Below are positions 16,985 through 25,929 of a DNA stretch of 26,012 nt, in pieces (the stretch's first letter is position 1; each line of letters begins with the position of its first letter). Under the pieces are notes generated by a model. That model worked only from the letters and a program-made list of their open reading frames with translations. It did not search any database and was not told the DNA's origin. The stretch is from Oligoflexia bacterium. GTDB lineage: Bacteria > Bdellovibrionota > UBA1018. Location of the stretch: assembly GCA_043732485.1 (NCBI GenBank), contig JAYTHP010000196.1, forward strand, positions 1 through 26,012, given 5' to 3'. A program made the translations under genes and the position numbers.

Positions 16985-18194
16985 GTCGTAGTCCTTCGAG
17001 CGGCGACTGGCGCGCCACCTTGAGAGCAGGATAAACTGTCGCAGCCGCCGCAATCAAAAGGGTGACTAAAACAATCAAGATTACTTCGGAACTGCGCACC
17101 CCCACCGGCAAAAAAGTGATGTAATAGATATCCGCTGGCAACTGAATCAAATTCAACCTCGCAATCCCCCACAACGCCAGCCCCCCGCCTAATAAACCTA
17201 AAAACGTCCCTACCCCGCCTAAGCCCACGCCAATCATACAAAACAACCAGAAGCCCTGCTCCGGCCTGAGACCCATGGCTTTTAAAATCCCAATTTCTTT
17301 GGTCTTGTCGTGGATCATCATCATCAAGGTGCCCACCACATTAAAGGAGGCCACTAAAATGATCACGGTTAAAATGAGAGCAATCACGGCCTTTTCGACT
17401 TGAATGGCATAAAACAAATTGCGATTCAACTGACTCCAGTCCTTGGACTTCATCGGGTAATCAAACATTTGTCCCAGTCGATCCGAAGCGAGCCTGGCGT
17501 TTGTGCCTTTCGCCAGTTTTAGGTTAAAATGGGTGACCCGACCTTTTTGCTCTAAAAACCCCTGCACCGCCTCAAGCGTCATAAAGATGAACTTGGAATC
17601 GTACTCAAACATTCCCATCTTCACCAACCCCACCACCTTAGCCAACAGTACCTGCGGCGCGCCGTCGGCTTTCCCAGTAAAAGGGGCAATCAAACGCACC
17701 TGCTCACCCACCCGCAAGCCAAGCTTTTGGGCCAGATGAAAACCCAAGGCCACCTCATCTGAGGCCGCCGGCAAGACCCCTTCACTGAGACTTTGCGGGA
17801 TCTCGGTGACTTCGCCCAAGTGCTCGACTTCGACACCCTGCAAAATCGCACCTGCAACCCCGTTAGGCCCTGCCACCATCAGCTCAGCGACAAACGAGCG
17901 CGTCAGCGCAACCACCTGTGGCAAGCCCTGCCTAAGCTCTTCTTCCACTTGGTCGGCGTCCCGCATCGGTTCGCCGCGCGAGTACAGCATGACATCGCCG
18001 TTGACGCGAGTAATCACGCGGACCAATTCCCCTTCAAAGCCATTAATCACGCTGGTGACCACCATGAGCGCCATCACGCCCAAGGCCACTCCCATGATGG
18101 AGACCCAGGAAATGAACGATAAAAAACTATCGGATGACTGCGAGAGAGTAAACCGCAGCGCTAATTGCCCAAGGAGGCTTCGCGAGCCCTGCAC
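16977..18194 (-). CDS. lolE: Lipoprotein-releasing ABC transporter permease LolC/E
   Basis: FISWVSIMGVALGVMALMVVTSVINGF, GMFEYD, DWSQLNRNLFYAIQVEK, KTKEIGILKAMG, YYITFLP, YPA. GTG start overlaps the lysS TAG. Confidence 0.92.
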   Translation of the reverse strand: MQGSRSLLGQLALRFTLSQSSDSFLSFISWVSIMGVALGVMALMVVTSVINGFEGELVRVITRVNGDVMLYSRGEPMRDADQVEEELRQGLPQVVALTRSFVAELMVAGPNGVAGAILQGVEVEHLGEVTEIPQSLSEGVLPAASDEVALGFHLAQKLGLRVGEQVRLIAPFTGKADGAPQVLLAKVVGLVKMGMFEYDSKFIFMTLEAVQGFLEQKGRVTHFNLKLAKGTNARLASDRLGQMFDYPMKSKDWSQLNRNLFYAIQVEKAVIALILTVIILVASFNVVGTLMMMIHDKTKEIGILKAMGLRPEQGFWLFCMIGVGLGGVGTFLGLLGGGLALWGIARLNLIQLPADIYYITFLPVGVRSSEVILIVLVTLLIAAAATVYPALKVARQSPLEGLRHE

Positions 18195-19822
18195 TAGCCA
18201 GTAGGCTCCGGTGAGGCGCTCCCAGTGCTTTCGCCTGTTACCGCACTGACACTCACCCCCGCAGGCGCGCCGTCTCGCAGTGGATGAAAGGAGTGATGCG
18301 ACTGCGGACGCATCAACGGAAACAAAATCACATCGCGGATACTCGCCTGATTGGTCAGCAGCATCGCCAAACGGTCAATCCCCAACCCGCACCCAGCCGT
18401 GGGTGGCATGCCGTACTCCAAGGCCAACAAAAAATCCTCATCAACATCACAGGCCTCCAAATTGCCCTGCGCCTTAGCCACGGCCTGCCGCTCAAAGCGC
18501 TCCCGCTGATCCAACGGGTCGTTTAGCTCAGAAAAACCATTGGCAATCTCACGCCCGGCAATAAACAACTCAAAACGATCCGCCAGAAACGGGTCTTGAT
18601 CGTTTTTACGCGAGAGCGGCGACACCGACAGCGGATAGTGGGTAATAAACGTCGGCTGAATCAGCAGCGGCTCGACCTTTTGATCAAAAATCGCCATCTG
18701 CATCTCACCCACCTCGCTTGCCGGATCCATCACCACCCCAAACTTTACCGCAAACTGCAGCAAAGCCGTAGGCTCCCTGACCTGCGCCGCGTCCGGAAAC
18801 TGGCCAAGCTCCACTAACGACTCTTCCAAGCGCAGCCTGCGCCAACCCACCTTCAGCTCCAGCTGATGCTCCTGGTAAGTCACCAGCGTGCCGCCCCCCA
18901 TTTGCTCACTCAGCCTGGCAATCAACTCCTCCAAAACCACCATCATATCATGGTCTTGGGCGTAGCTTTGATAAAACTCCAGCATCGTAAACTCTGGGTT
19001 ATGGCGAACCGACAAACCTTCGTTGCGAAAGTTACGATTGATCTCAAACACCCGCTCAAATCCCCCCACCACCAAGCGTTTGAGATACAATTCTGGGGCA
19101 ATCCTGAGAAAAAGTGATAAATTAAGTGCATTATGATGGGTACTAAAGGGGCGGGCCGCAGCGCCGCCTGCAATGGCTTGCATCATCGGCGTTTCGACCT
19201 CCAGGAAGTCGCGCTCTAAAAAATAAGCGCGGATGCCCTGGATCATCTGGGATCTTTTGCGAAACACCTCGCGGGTCTGAGCACTGACCATCAGATCCAG
19301 ATAACGCTGCCGGTACTTAATCTCAATATCGGCCACCCCGTGAAACTTTTCAGGTAGCGGCCGCAAACCCTTGGTCAGTAATACTAACTGCTCACTTTGC
19401 AGCGATAATTCCTGGGTCTTGGTCTTAAAAATCACGCCCTCTGAGAAAATGAAATCTCCCAGATCCAGCTCCAAGTATACCGCATAGAGCGCCTCACCCA
19501 GCACAGCACGGGAAATGAACCCTTGCAGCACCCCACTGCGATCCTGGATCTTTAAGAAAGCCCCCTTACCAAAGTGACGAATCGCCATCACCCGTCCGGC
19601 CAGACTGGCGCGCGGCTTCAACCGCTCAAGCTGTTCCCGCGTCTCGTGGTCATAACGCTCATGCAGTGCGGCTGCTAAATGACTGGGCCTGGCGTTGTTT
19701 TTGTAAGCCTGCTCGCCGCGTGCCACCAGGCGTTGCAGCTTTTGCAAGCGGACTTGATACTGCTCGGGCCGTTGTTCGTTGTGCTCACCTAGACTTTCAC
19801 TCACTGCAACCGCCTCCGCCAC
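18194..19822 (-). CDS. lysS: Lysine--tRNA ligase, class II
   Basis: LRPLPEKFHG, YRQRYLDL, GGAAARPF, LRIAPELYLKRL, FRNEG..HNPEFTMLE, ELNDP, YGMPPTAGCGLGIDRL, IRDVILFP. Confidence 0.98.
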   Translation of the reverse strand: MAEAVAVSESLGEHNEQRPEQYQVRLQKLQRLVARGEQAYKNNARPSHLAAALHERYDHETREQLERLKPRASLAGRVMAIRHFGKGAFLKIQDRSGVLQGFISRAVLGEALYAVYLELDLGDFIFSEGVIFKTKTQELSLQSEQLVLLTKGLRPLPEKFHGVADIEIKYRQRYLDLMVSAQTREVFRKRSQMIQGIRAYFLERDFLEVETPMMQAIAGGAAARPFSTHHNALNLSLFLRIAPELYLKRLVVGGFERVFEINRNFRNEGLSVRHNPEFTMLEFYQSYAQDHDMMVVLEELIARLSEQMGGGTLVTYQEHQLELKVGWRRLRLEESLVELGQFPDAAQVREPTALLQFAVKFGVVMDPASEVGEMQMAIFDQKVEPLLIQPTFITHYPLSVSPLSRKNDQDPFLADRFELFIAGREIANGFSELNDPLDQRERFERQAVAKAQGNLEACDVDEDFLLALEYGMPPTAGCGLGIDRLAMLLTNQASIRDVILFPLMRPQSHHSFHPLRDGAPAGVSVSAVTGESTGSASPEPTG

Positions 19823-19893
19823 TGATCCGAGCCCAGGTTGCGGCTAAGACTCTCAGGTTTTTTTTCACCCTCCCCCCGCTTCCTCAAGTGACG

Positions 19894-20871
19894 TCAAGCT
19901 TCGTCGAGCGTCTCAAGGTACCGCTCAGCGTCCATTGCAGCCATACAGCCGCTCCCTGCTGCCGTAATCGCTTGGCGATAGACCGCATCGGCCACATCGC
20001 CTGCCGCAAACACCCCAGGCTTCTCCGTCCGACTGCTGCCAGCATGGACCTTCAAATAACCCTGCTCCGATTGCGCCAACTGGCCTTGAAAGGCTTTTGT
20101 GTTGGGATGGTGCCCGATGGCAACAAAAACCCCTTGCACCTCAAGCGTGCTGCTCTCGCCCGTTTCTAACTGCTTTAACTTTACGCCCGTTACCGCCTTC
20201 TCTCCTAAAATATCCTCGACCACCGAGTGATACACCATCTTAATCTTAGGGTTCTTGCGCGCCCGGTCTTGCATCGCCTGACTGGCACGCAACTGCCCAC
20301 GGCGGTGAATCAGTGTCACTGAGCGGGCAAAACGGGTTAAAAACGTAGCTTCTTCTAGAGCGGTATCGCCACCGCCTACTACCGCCACGTCTAGATTACG
20401 AAAAAAGAATCCGTCGCAAGTCGCGCAGCCCGAAACACCCTTGCCCATCAAGCGCTTCTCATTCTCTAGGCCAATCCACTTCGCGGACGCACCGGTGGCA
20501 ATAATGATCGCGCGGGCTTGCAGCACGCGCCCATCTGCTAAGCTGACACTGTAAGGAGGACGGGTGAGATTGACTTCCACCACGTCGCCTGCATGAAAGC
20601 GGGTGCCAAAGCGCTCCGCCTGCTTACGAAACGCCGTCATCAGATCCGGACCCATCACCGGCTCGGCAAAGCCCGGGTAGTTCTCCACTTCACTGGTGAT
20701 CGTTAACTGACCCCCCGGCTGCACGCCTTCCACACAAATCGGACTCAAATTCGCTCGGGCGCAATAAATTGCCGCCGTAAGCCCCGCAGGTCCGGTGCCA
20801 AGGATAATCAGCTGCTCGATTTTTTGCTCTGGGCTTTGCTTTGAGATGAGACCCGGACTTTCTGTGCTCAT
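19894..20871 (-). CDS. trxB: Thioredoxin-disulfide reductase
   Basis: GTGPAGLTAAIY, GGQL..EVENYPGF, CATCDG, GGGDTALEEA, HRR, GVFAAGDV, YRQAITAAGSG. Start ATG 20871; GTG 20910 is the alternative. Confidence 0.97.
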   Translation of the reverse strand: MSTESPGLISKQSPEQKIEQLIILGTGPAGLTAAIYCARANLSPICVEGVQPGGQLTITSEVENYPGFAEPVMGPDLMTAFRKQAERFGTRFHAGDVVEVNLTRPPYSVSLADGRVLQARAIIIATGASAKWIGLENEKRLMGKGVSGCATCDGFFFRNLDVAVVGGGDTALEEATFLTRFARSVTLIHRRGQLRASQAMQDRARKNPKIKMVYHSVVEDILGEKAVTGVKLKQLETGESSTLEVQGVFVAIGHHPNTKAFQGQLAQSEQGYLKVHAGSSRTEKPGVFAAGDVADAVYRQAITAAGSGCMAAMDAERYLETLDEA

Positions 20872-20875
20872 GATT

Positions 20876-21100
20876 CTAATGCCCGCCTGACCCGGAAACG
20901 GCAGGGTCACGGTGAACGCCTGAGGTGAGATCCTGAGAAAAACTTTCCAGACTCACCCAATCAGCGTTTGCAGCATCATCGGGGAGGTTAGCAATGGCCG
21001 CTAAAGCGACTTTTTGAGCGATCACGCCCCGCTCAATGTTCCGCTCTAACAAACGAACGTCGAGTTTTTTTTCTTCTACGGCATCTTTTAAAAGTGTCAT
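20876..21100 (-). CDS. Small hypothetical protein (74 aa)
   Basis: ATG with AGGGA upstream, co-oriented and ending just before trxB. KKLDVRLLERNIERG...LPDDAAN resembles small uncharacterised proteins I recall from deltaproteobacterial lineages (unverified). Confidence 0.75.
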   Translation of the reverse strand: MTLLKDAVEEKKLDVRLLERNIERGVIAQKVALAAIANLPDDAANADWVSLESFSQDLTSGVHRDPAVSGSGGH

Positions 21101-21223
21101 ATCCCTATACTTACTTCAAATAGCCTGGGGGAACCACCCTTTTTTTCTTGTTTTGGCGAGAAATCGCGGCTAAGAGGCAGCAAAAAATCCCTGTGGCGCT
21201 TCAACCCGTGCCGAGCCTACTTG

Positions 21224-22087
21224 CTAATGCCAGACGTCAGGGTCGTCGGTATCCTGCGGATGCGCTCGGTCGTCCTCAAAATCTTGCTCGCCCGGGTGAC
21301 GGTGGCTGACCACCAAGCGGAGGTGTTTGGGGCGTTTGGACGATGAGGGTGACGACGACGCTCCCCACTCCCACCAGCGACGAGGACGGGTCGACTGAGT
21401 GCGCCTGCCGCTCATCCCGCCCCCACCACCCACCCGCCAGACTTTCCAGGCGGCAGGCACCACCAACGTGAGCCAACCGACCAACATCCCTAAGAGATGC
21501 CCTGCGGTTGCTGCTAAGCCCCCGCTGGAGTAAAAGGTGGTCATCACCTCCATCAAGACTAGAATCCAGATGAAAACTTTGCCCTTCACCGGAAAAAGCA
21601 GCATTAAGAGCAAGATCCGCTCACCAAAAATCAAACCATAGGCGGCCAGTAACCCGTAATTCAGGACTGAGATCCCCTGCAGACTGGTCACTAACACCAG
21701 GCTTTCCCATTGTGCCTGGCGCAACGCTACTTGCAGCAGCAAGAACAACACCGCTGATCCCACCGTGACCACGCCTAAGAAGCGCAAAAAGCGCCTTGAG
21801 CCCCAAAAGCTCTCTAACTCACCGCCAATGAACAGGAGCAGCAGCAACTGAAAAAAAAGTTGACTGACATCGTCATGAATGAGGGGGTAACTGAACAACT
21901 GCCAGTAATAGCCGTGATGCAACACCCCACCCCAGCTCAGGCTCAAAGTCTGGCTCAGATGATAGCCTAAGTACTGGTCGGCGGTTTGATGAACGATAAA
22001 AAAAAGAAAAAGAGTTAACAGTAAGGATTTAAGGACCGGCGTGACCCGAAAGAAGCGGGTGATTTGAGAGAGAAGAGGTGATTGCAT
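21224..22087 (-). CDS. Rhomboid-family intramembrane protein
   Basis: About 6 TM segments, YWQLFSYPLIH, GGELESFWGSRRF, GIS (catalytic Ser position), GHLLG (catalytic His position), soluble C-tail. GGAG SD upstream. Confidence 0.85.
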   Translation of the reverse strand: MQSPLLSQITRFFRVTPVLKSLLLTLFLFFIVHQTADQYLGYHLSQTLSLSWGGVLHHGYYWQLFSYPLIHDDVSQLFFQLLLLLFIGGELESFWGSRRFLRFLGVVTVGSAVLFLLLQVALRQAQWESLVLVTSLQGISVLNYGLLAAYGLIFGERILLLMLLFPVKGKVFIWILVLMEVMTTFYSSGGLAATAGHLLGMLVGWLTLVVPAAWKVWRVGGGGGMSGRRTQSTRPRRWWEWGASSSPSSSKRPKHLRLVVSHRHPGEQDFEDDRAHPQDTDDPDVWH

Positions 22088-22226
22088 AGCCTAGGTCTCC
22101 AAGGTTTTGCCCAAGTTCGGGTGTCAGACGGCAGAGCGAGGACCCGCCCCTTCAGCCGCGATCAAAACCAAAACCGCATCTTTGCTTTCTTGTACGTGGG
22201 ACTCACCCCACTGACTTGCAAAAAAG

Positions 22227-22338
22227 ACTCGACAAAAAGGGACGAGGACTGCCACTACCTGTTGCTGCACCCACCGTCGTCACCCGTTGCAAATAGCGGG
22301 CTCGACAACGAGCAGGCAATAACAGTCCCCAGTCAAGT
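22227..22338 (-). ncRNA. Candidate structured RNA (long hairpin); family not recognised
   Basis: 18-bp uninterrupted stem (22330-22313 with 22261-22244) containing five G-U pairs that work only on the minus strand, plus inner and outer stems. Confidence 0.5.
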
Positions 22339-22381
22339 TGCCCATGCTTTGACGACCCACCAAAGTCCTCAATGCCTAGAC

Positions 22382-22410
22382 AAGTTATCTATCGTCGTTT
22401 TGCGATCCAA
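22382..22410 (-). promoter_or_regulatory. Putative sigma70-type promoter
   Basis: TTGGAT-N17-TAACTT on the minus strand, with an AT-rich tract (AATTATTTAA) just upstream. Confidence 0.45.
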
Positions 22411-22476
22411 CTTAAATAATTCTTCGCGCATCGCCTTCGCGGCTCAATGAGACTTGTTGCTCACACCCAGCCCCCG

Positions 22477-23148
22477 TCAATGATCTGGCTGACACTTGCT
22501 CTTCATCCCTTTACGCACCCGCAGCTCCAAGTCGCGTGCCAACACCCCTAAGGCCTGCTGCAGTTCACGAAACAGCAACCGATGCACGAATTCCTGCAAT
22601 TTGAGCGCTTCGGCCCCCGGTGACGCCACTTTTTTGACGAAAACGAACAAAAAACTCTCCACTTTCGCAAGCCCTAGGCCGCCTTCTTGCAACAACGCCG
22701 CTTCAAGAAGAGGCTGCAGCTCTGACCAAGCTAAGGTCCAGGCAAAATAGTACTCCCGCGACTGCAAGACCTCAAGCACTTGTTGCGCCTGAAGGGGCGA
22801 GAGCGGCAAGCGCAACCCTTGGGCCTTCGCTTGCGTGATCGGCACCCAGATGGCCGACTCCAGCAAGCGGGAGCGCTTTTGGTTGCTGGCTCGAATTTTT
22901 TCCAATTTATAGAAGGGCTGTGGCGCCACTCCCTTACCTAATTGCAGGGATTGTAGGGCTAAAATGCGACAAAACCCATGCATGTTGTAAATCACCGTGG
23001 CACCCGGCTGCAAGTCGTGCCCGGGTCCGGTATCGCAGTCCGGCAAAGGGGGATGGAGAGTGTCGTGAGCAACGAACGAAGTTGGCTGCGATGTTGGTGG
23101 CTGCTTGGCCGTGATTGCGTCTTGCGGCTGATAAGTCAACTTCTCCAT
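22477..23148 (-). CDS. CarD/CdnL-like transcriptional regulator (divergent)
   Basis: LQPGATVIYNMHGFCRI...FYKL...IWVPITQAKAQGLR matches the CarD RNAP-interaction domain pattern, followed by a helical domain with Trp. ATG 23148 has AGGGGG at SD distance; the track start is 23208. Confidence 0.75.
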   Translation of the reverse strand: MEKLTYQPQDAITAKQPPTSQPTSFVAHDTLHPPLPDCDTGPGHDLQPGATVIYNMHGFCRILALQSLQLGKGVAPQPFYKLEKIRASNQKRSRLLESAIWVPITQAKAQGLRLPLSPLQAQQVLEVLQSREYYFAWTLAWSELQPLLEAALLQEGGLGLAKVESFLFVFVKKVASPGAEALKLQEFVHRLLFRELQQALGVLARDLELRVRKGMKSKCQPDH

Positions 23149-23397
23149 TGCGATCATCCCCCTATTGCAGGCGCTCGTGGCTTGAGGCCGTTGTTTTGCG
23201 TTTGCCATTACCCCAGCAGCCCCGAGCCCGCCTCAAACTTTGGGGCTTTCTCCTCCGAAACTGGAGCTATTTTCACGCTAGCAGATCACTTCTAGGGGAG
23301 CAACAAGATGAAACAATTAATCGTGATCCGGAACACTGCTTCAACGCTCAAATTATTTGTTGCTAATTCCTGCTATTTATCACATCTTTAGAAAACT

Positions 23398-23535
23398 ATG
23401 GGACGCGGAAGAAAACAAAAAGTTCAAAAAATGAAGAATCGCAAACGACAAGCAGCTAAAAAAGCCCGCGTGGCCCTGGTCAAACAGGTGCAAGCGCAAA
23501 AAAGCAAACCGGGCGTATCTCATTCAAAACATTAG
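23398..23535 (+). CDS. Small, highly basic protein (45 aa)
   Basis: Not in the ORF track. MGRGRKQKVQKMKNRKRQAAKKARVALVKQVQAQKSKPGVSHSKH*; 16 K/R, no D/E; fills the gap between the CarD-like and lipoprotein genes. No clear SD. Confidence 0.65.
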   Translation: MGRGRKQKVQKMKNRKRQAAKKARVALVKQVQAQKSKPGVSHSKH

Positions 23536-23639
23536 GGTTTTGGTCTTAAGCCGCGTACTGATCGTGCGCACGCTCGCTCAAGAAAACGCGGCAGTCTGCT
23601 CCTCAAAGACGGCGGCCAGGTTACCCCCGCTGCTGCCCT

Positions 23640-25454
23640 TTAAAGACCGCTTGCCGGCAGAATTACCATCTGCGCGCAGTAGGGATTGGCGGCATTGATC
23701 GAAGTGGAAGCCAGCGCAAAGGTGCTGGTGGAGCTAGCCAAGTGCGGATTGCTACTTGCAACCGCTAAAAACACCAGTTGACTCGTCCCGTTCAGGTAAA
23801 CGGGATTGATCTGCAATTGGGGCAAAATCACCTCATTACTCGCCCCTACCCCAAAGGTAAGGTCGGCTGTCACGGTGGTTCCTGGCAGAAAAAAATCGGA
23901 CATGAGACTCGCGGCGTTGCAATACGGTTGACTAAACGCTTGCAGCGTCACCGTTGCCGCTTCCGGCGTTTGAGCGTGCGCGGCGCTCAGCACGACCTTG
24001 ACGTTGGCCGCAAAGCTCAGTGCCGCGTTTGAGGTTGCTTGAAGCGTGGCAGGCACCCCACTCACACCACCACTCCCTGCAGCTAAGGTCGCAATGGCAC
24101 CGGCGCTGAAAAAATCGAGACACGGCAACCCTCCTCCCAGCTCACTGCTTGCAAGCTCGAGACTTGCGGCGCCAACGATCGGCTGGCTGCTTGACCAGGT
24201 AACGTTCAGCTCGCTCCATTGGGGCCAAGTCGTTAAAAAACCGACAAATCCACCCACCACCGGCGACGGGGCCGAGACCACGGCGTCAGGCAGATGCGGC
24301 AAGATTTGCAGCGGCGCGGCAACTGACAGTTTCACGCCAGACAGGAGGTTTCCGGAACATCCCGATCCCGCATAAAACCCACCTGAGACGCTTTGTACGG
24401 TCGTCGCAGAGGCGTTTACTGGGTTCCCCAAGGCATCAAGAAACTGGGCTCGCAAGAAGCTCGCGCCCCCGGCTACTTGAAAGCCACTGGCACTGCTCAC
24501 GTCGAGCGGACCGTTGTCATACAGCGTCATAGGAATGGGAGTCGTACTAGCTGGTTCTGCAGTGAAGGCGGCTATTTTCACAGGCGCGCCTGCCACGACC
24601 GGGAGTGGTAAGGCTGCCGTTTGCATCGGCTGATCCGCTCCCAAAAGACTAAAAATAAGCCCGGCTGTGGGGTAGTTGGGCGTGGCAAGCGTCACACTGA
24701 CGCCACCGCGTCCTCCTCCCGCTAAAAAATTGACACCCTTTAAAAGCTCAGGACCAAAACTCACCGTCCTGCCGTCGGCAGTCACTCCCGTCACCAAAAC
24801 GCCCGTTGGCGCGCGCGCGGTGGCCGGGAACGTGAGCGTCAGAGGCCCGTTCGCCGTGCCGCCTGCTGGCCAAGGCGGGAGCGGCGTACCTAAAACTACG
24901 TGACTTGCATCTGAGCACTGCGGCAGAGCACCCAGCGTAAGCATCACAGGCGGCGACTGCAGCACACCGCCACTGGAATTGCTTTGGGCAATGAGATAAG
25001 TCGAGCTAGGCTTTAAGCCGGAAGCCAAAACCGCGCCACTAAAGGTTAGCGTCAAGGCCCGGCTATCTAAGATCGCAGCGCTGGGTTGAGTGGCAAAAAG
25101 CGTATCGCTAACAGGCGTGCACCCTGTTGCAGTCACACTCGCAGAATCGCAGACCTGCAAACTCATCTTCTCCTCTCCCGTAAAGGGCACCGGAGAACCT
25201 GCCGCGTTAAACTGCTGGATTGCGCCAAACTCCGCAATCCCAGGGGCTTGAAGCGTCGTGCAACGGGGAGGCAAGCGCACAAACGCCAGCTGAACCGGTT
25301 GCAAGGCGACGCTAGACGAGGGACCTGCTCCCGTCTTGCCATCGCCGACGCTCCCCACGACTCCTGGGTGCCCGGGTTTGGCCGTAATCGTAAAATGCTG
25401 AGTACAAGCTACCAAAACCCAGATCAGGACACCAGGGAGAAGGCGAGCAAGCAT
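23640..25454 (-). CDS. Large hypothetical lipoprotein, A/S/T/P/G-rich, probably beta-sandwich domains
   Basis: About 600-aa ORF; ATG 25454 gives MLARLLPGVLIWVLVA-C (lipobox); eight further Cys; few charged residues. The track start is GTG 25502. Confidence 0.7.
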   Translation of the reverse strand: MLARLLPGVLIWVLVACTQHFTITAKPGHPGVVGSVGDGKTGAGPSSSVALQPVQLAFVRLPPRCTTLQAPGIAEFGAIQQFNAAGSPVPFTGEEKMSLQVCDSASVTATGCTPVSDTLFATQPSAAILDSRALTLTFSGAVLASGLKPSSTYLIAQSNSSGGVLQSPPVMLTLGALPQCSDASHVVLGTPLPPWPAGGTANGPLTLTFPATARAPTGVLVTGVTADGRTVSFGPELLKGVNFLAGGGRGGVSVTLATPNYPTAGLIFSLLGADQPMQTAALPLPVVAGAPVKIAAFTAEPASTTPIPMTLYDNGPLDVSSASGFQVAGGASFLRAQFLDALGNPVNASATTVQSVSGGFYAGSGCSGNLLSGVKLSVAAPLQILPHLPDAVVSAPSPVVGGFVGFLTTWPQWSELNVTWSSSQPIVGAASLELASSELGGGLPCLDFFSAGAIATLAAGSGGVSGVPATLQATSNAALSFAANVKVVLSAAHAQTPEAATVTLQAFSQPYCNAASLMSDFFLPGTTVTADLTFGVGASNEVILPQLQINPVYLNGTSQLVFLAVASSNPHLASSTSTFALASTSINAANPYCAQMVILPASGL

Positions 25455-25929
25455 GTGCGGTAAGAAAAGCGGTTGCAAAAAAGTTAAAAAAAGCCTGCTC
25501 ACTGGTTGTCACTCCCCCGATTAAGGTTTCATTGTCACAGGGGTGGGAGTCAAAGCACGTACCCAACTTCAGCTTCAGCGGTCGACGTCTAAAACTGACC
25601 CACTCTCAGGGAAGTCATCGGCTCTCCACCAGTATTTCTAAAGCAAGCCATGTGTAATTTATGACATCGTGGCCATGTGCAACGGCTGCGGCCAGTGACG
25701 ATACCTCACCTCACTGCCACAACACTATCTTCTCAAAAGAGAATAGCAAATTGAGCAATCTTTTGAGGGACTCAGGATGCACTCACATGATATTTTGGAC
25801 TAGAGTGGAAAGGGAAAAAGAGAAGAGGGGAGAGAAAAAAAGAAAGCCCATCCCTAAACGATGGATTACAAAAAATTCGCTTTGTATGGAAAAAACGAGA
25901 CTGAGGAGATCTGAAGAAAGAAAAAAAAT

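Noticed and set aside
22244..22330. Hairpin as SRP RNA, tmRNA or tRNA
   Set aside because: No SRP helix-8 CAGG/GNRA/AGCA motif, no T-loop TTCRA or CCA end, and no cloverleaf.
22082..22450. 122-aa plus-strand ORF across the carD-rhomboid spacer
   Set aside because: TTG start overlapping the rhomboid start, no SD and no motif; the minus-strand RNA structure explains the region better. Not formally excluded.
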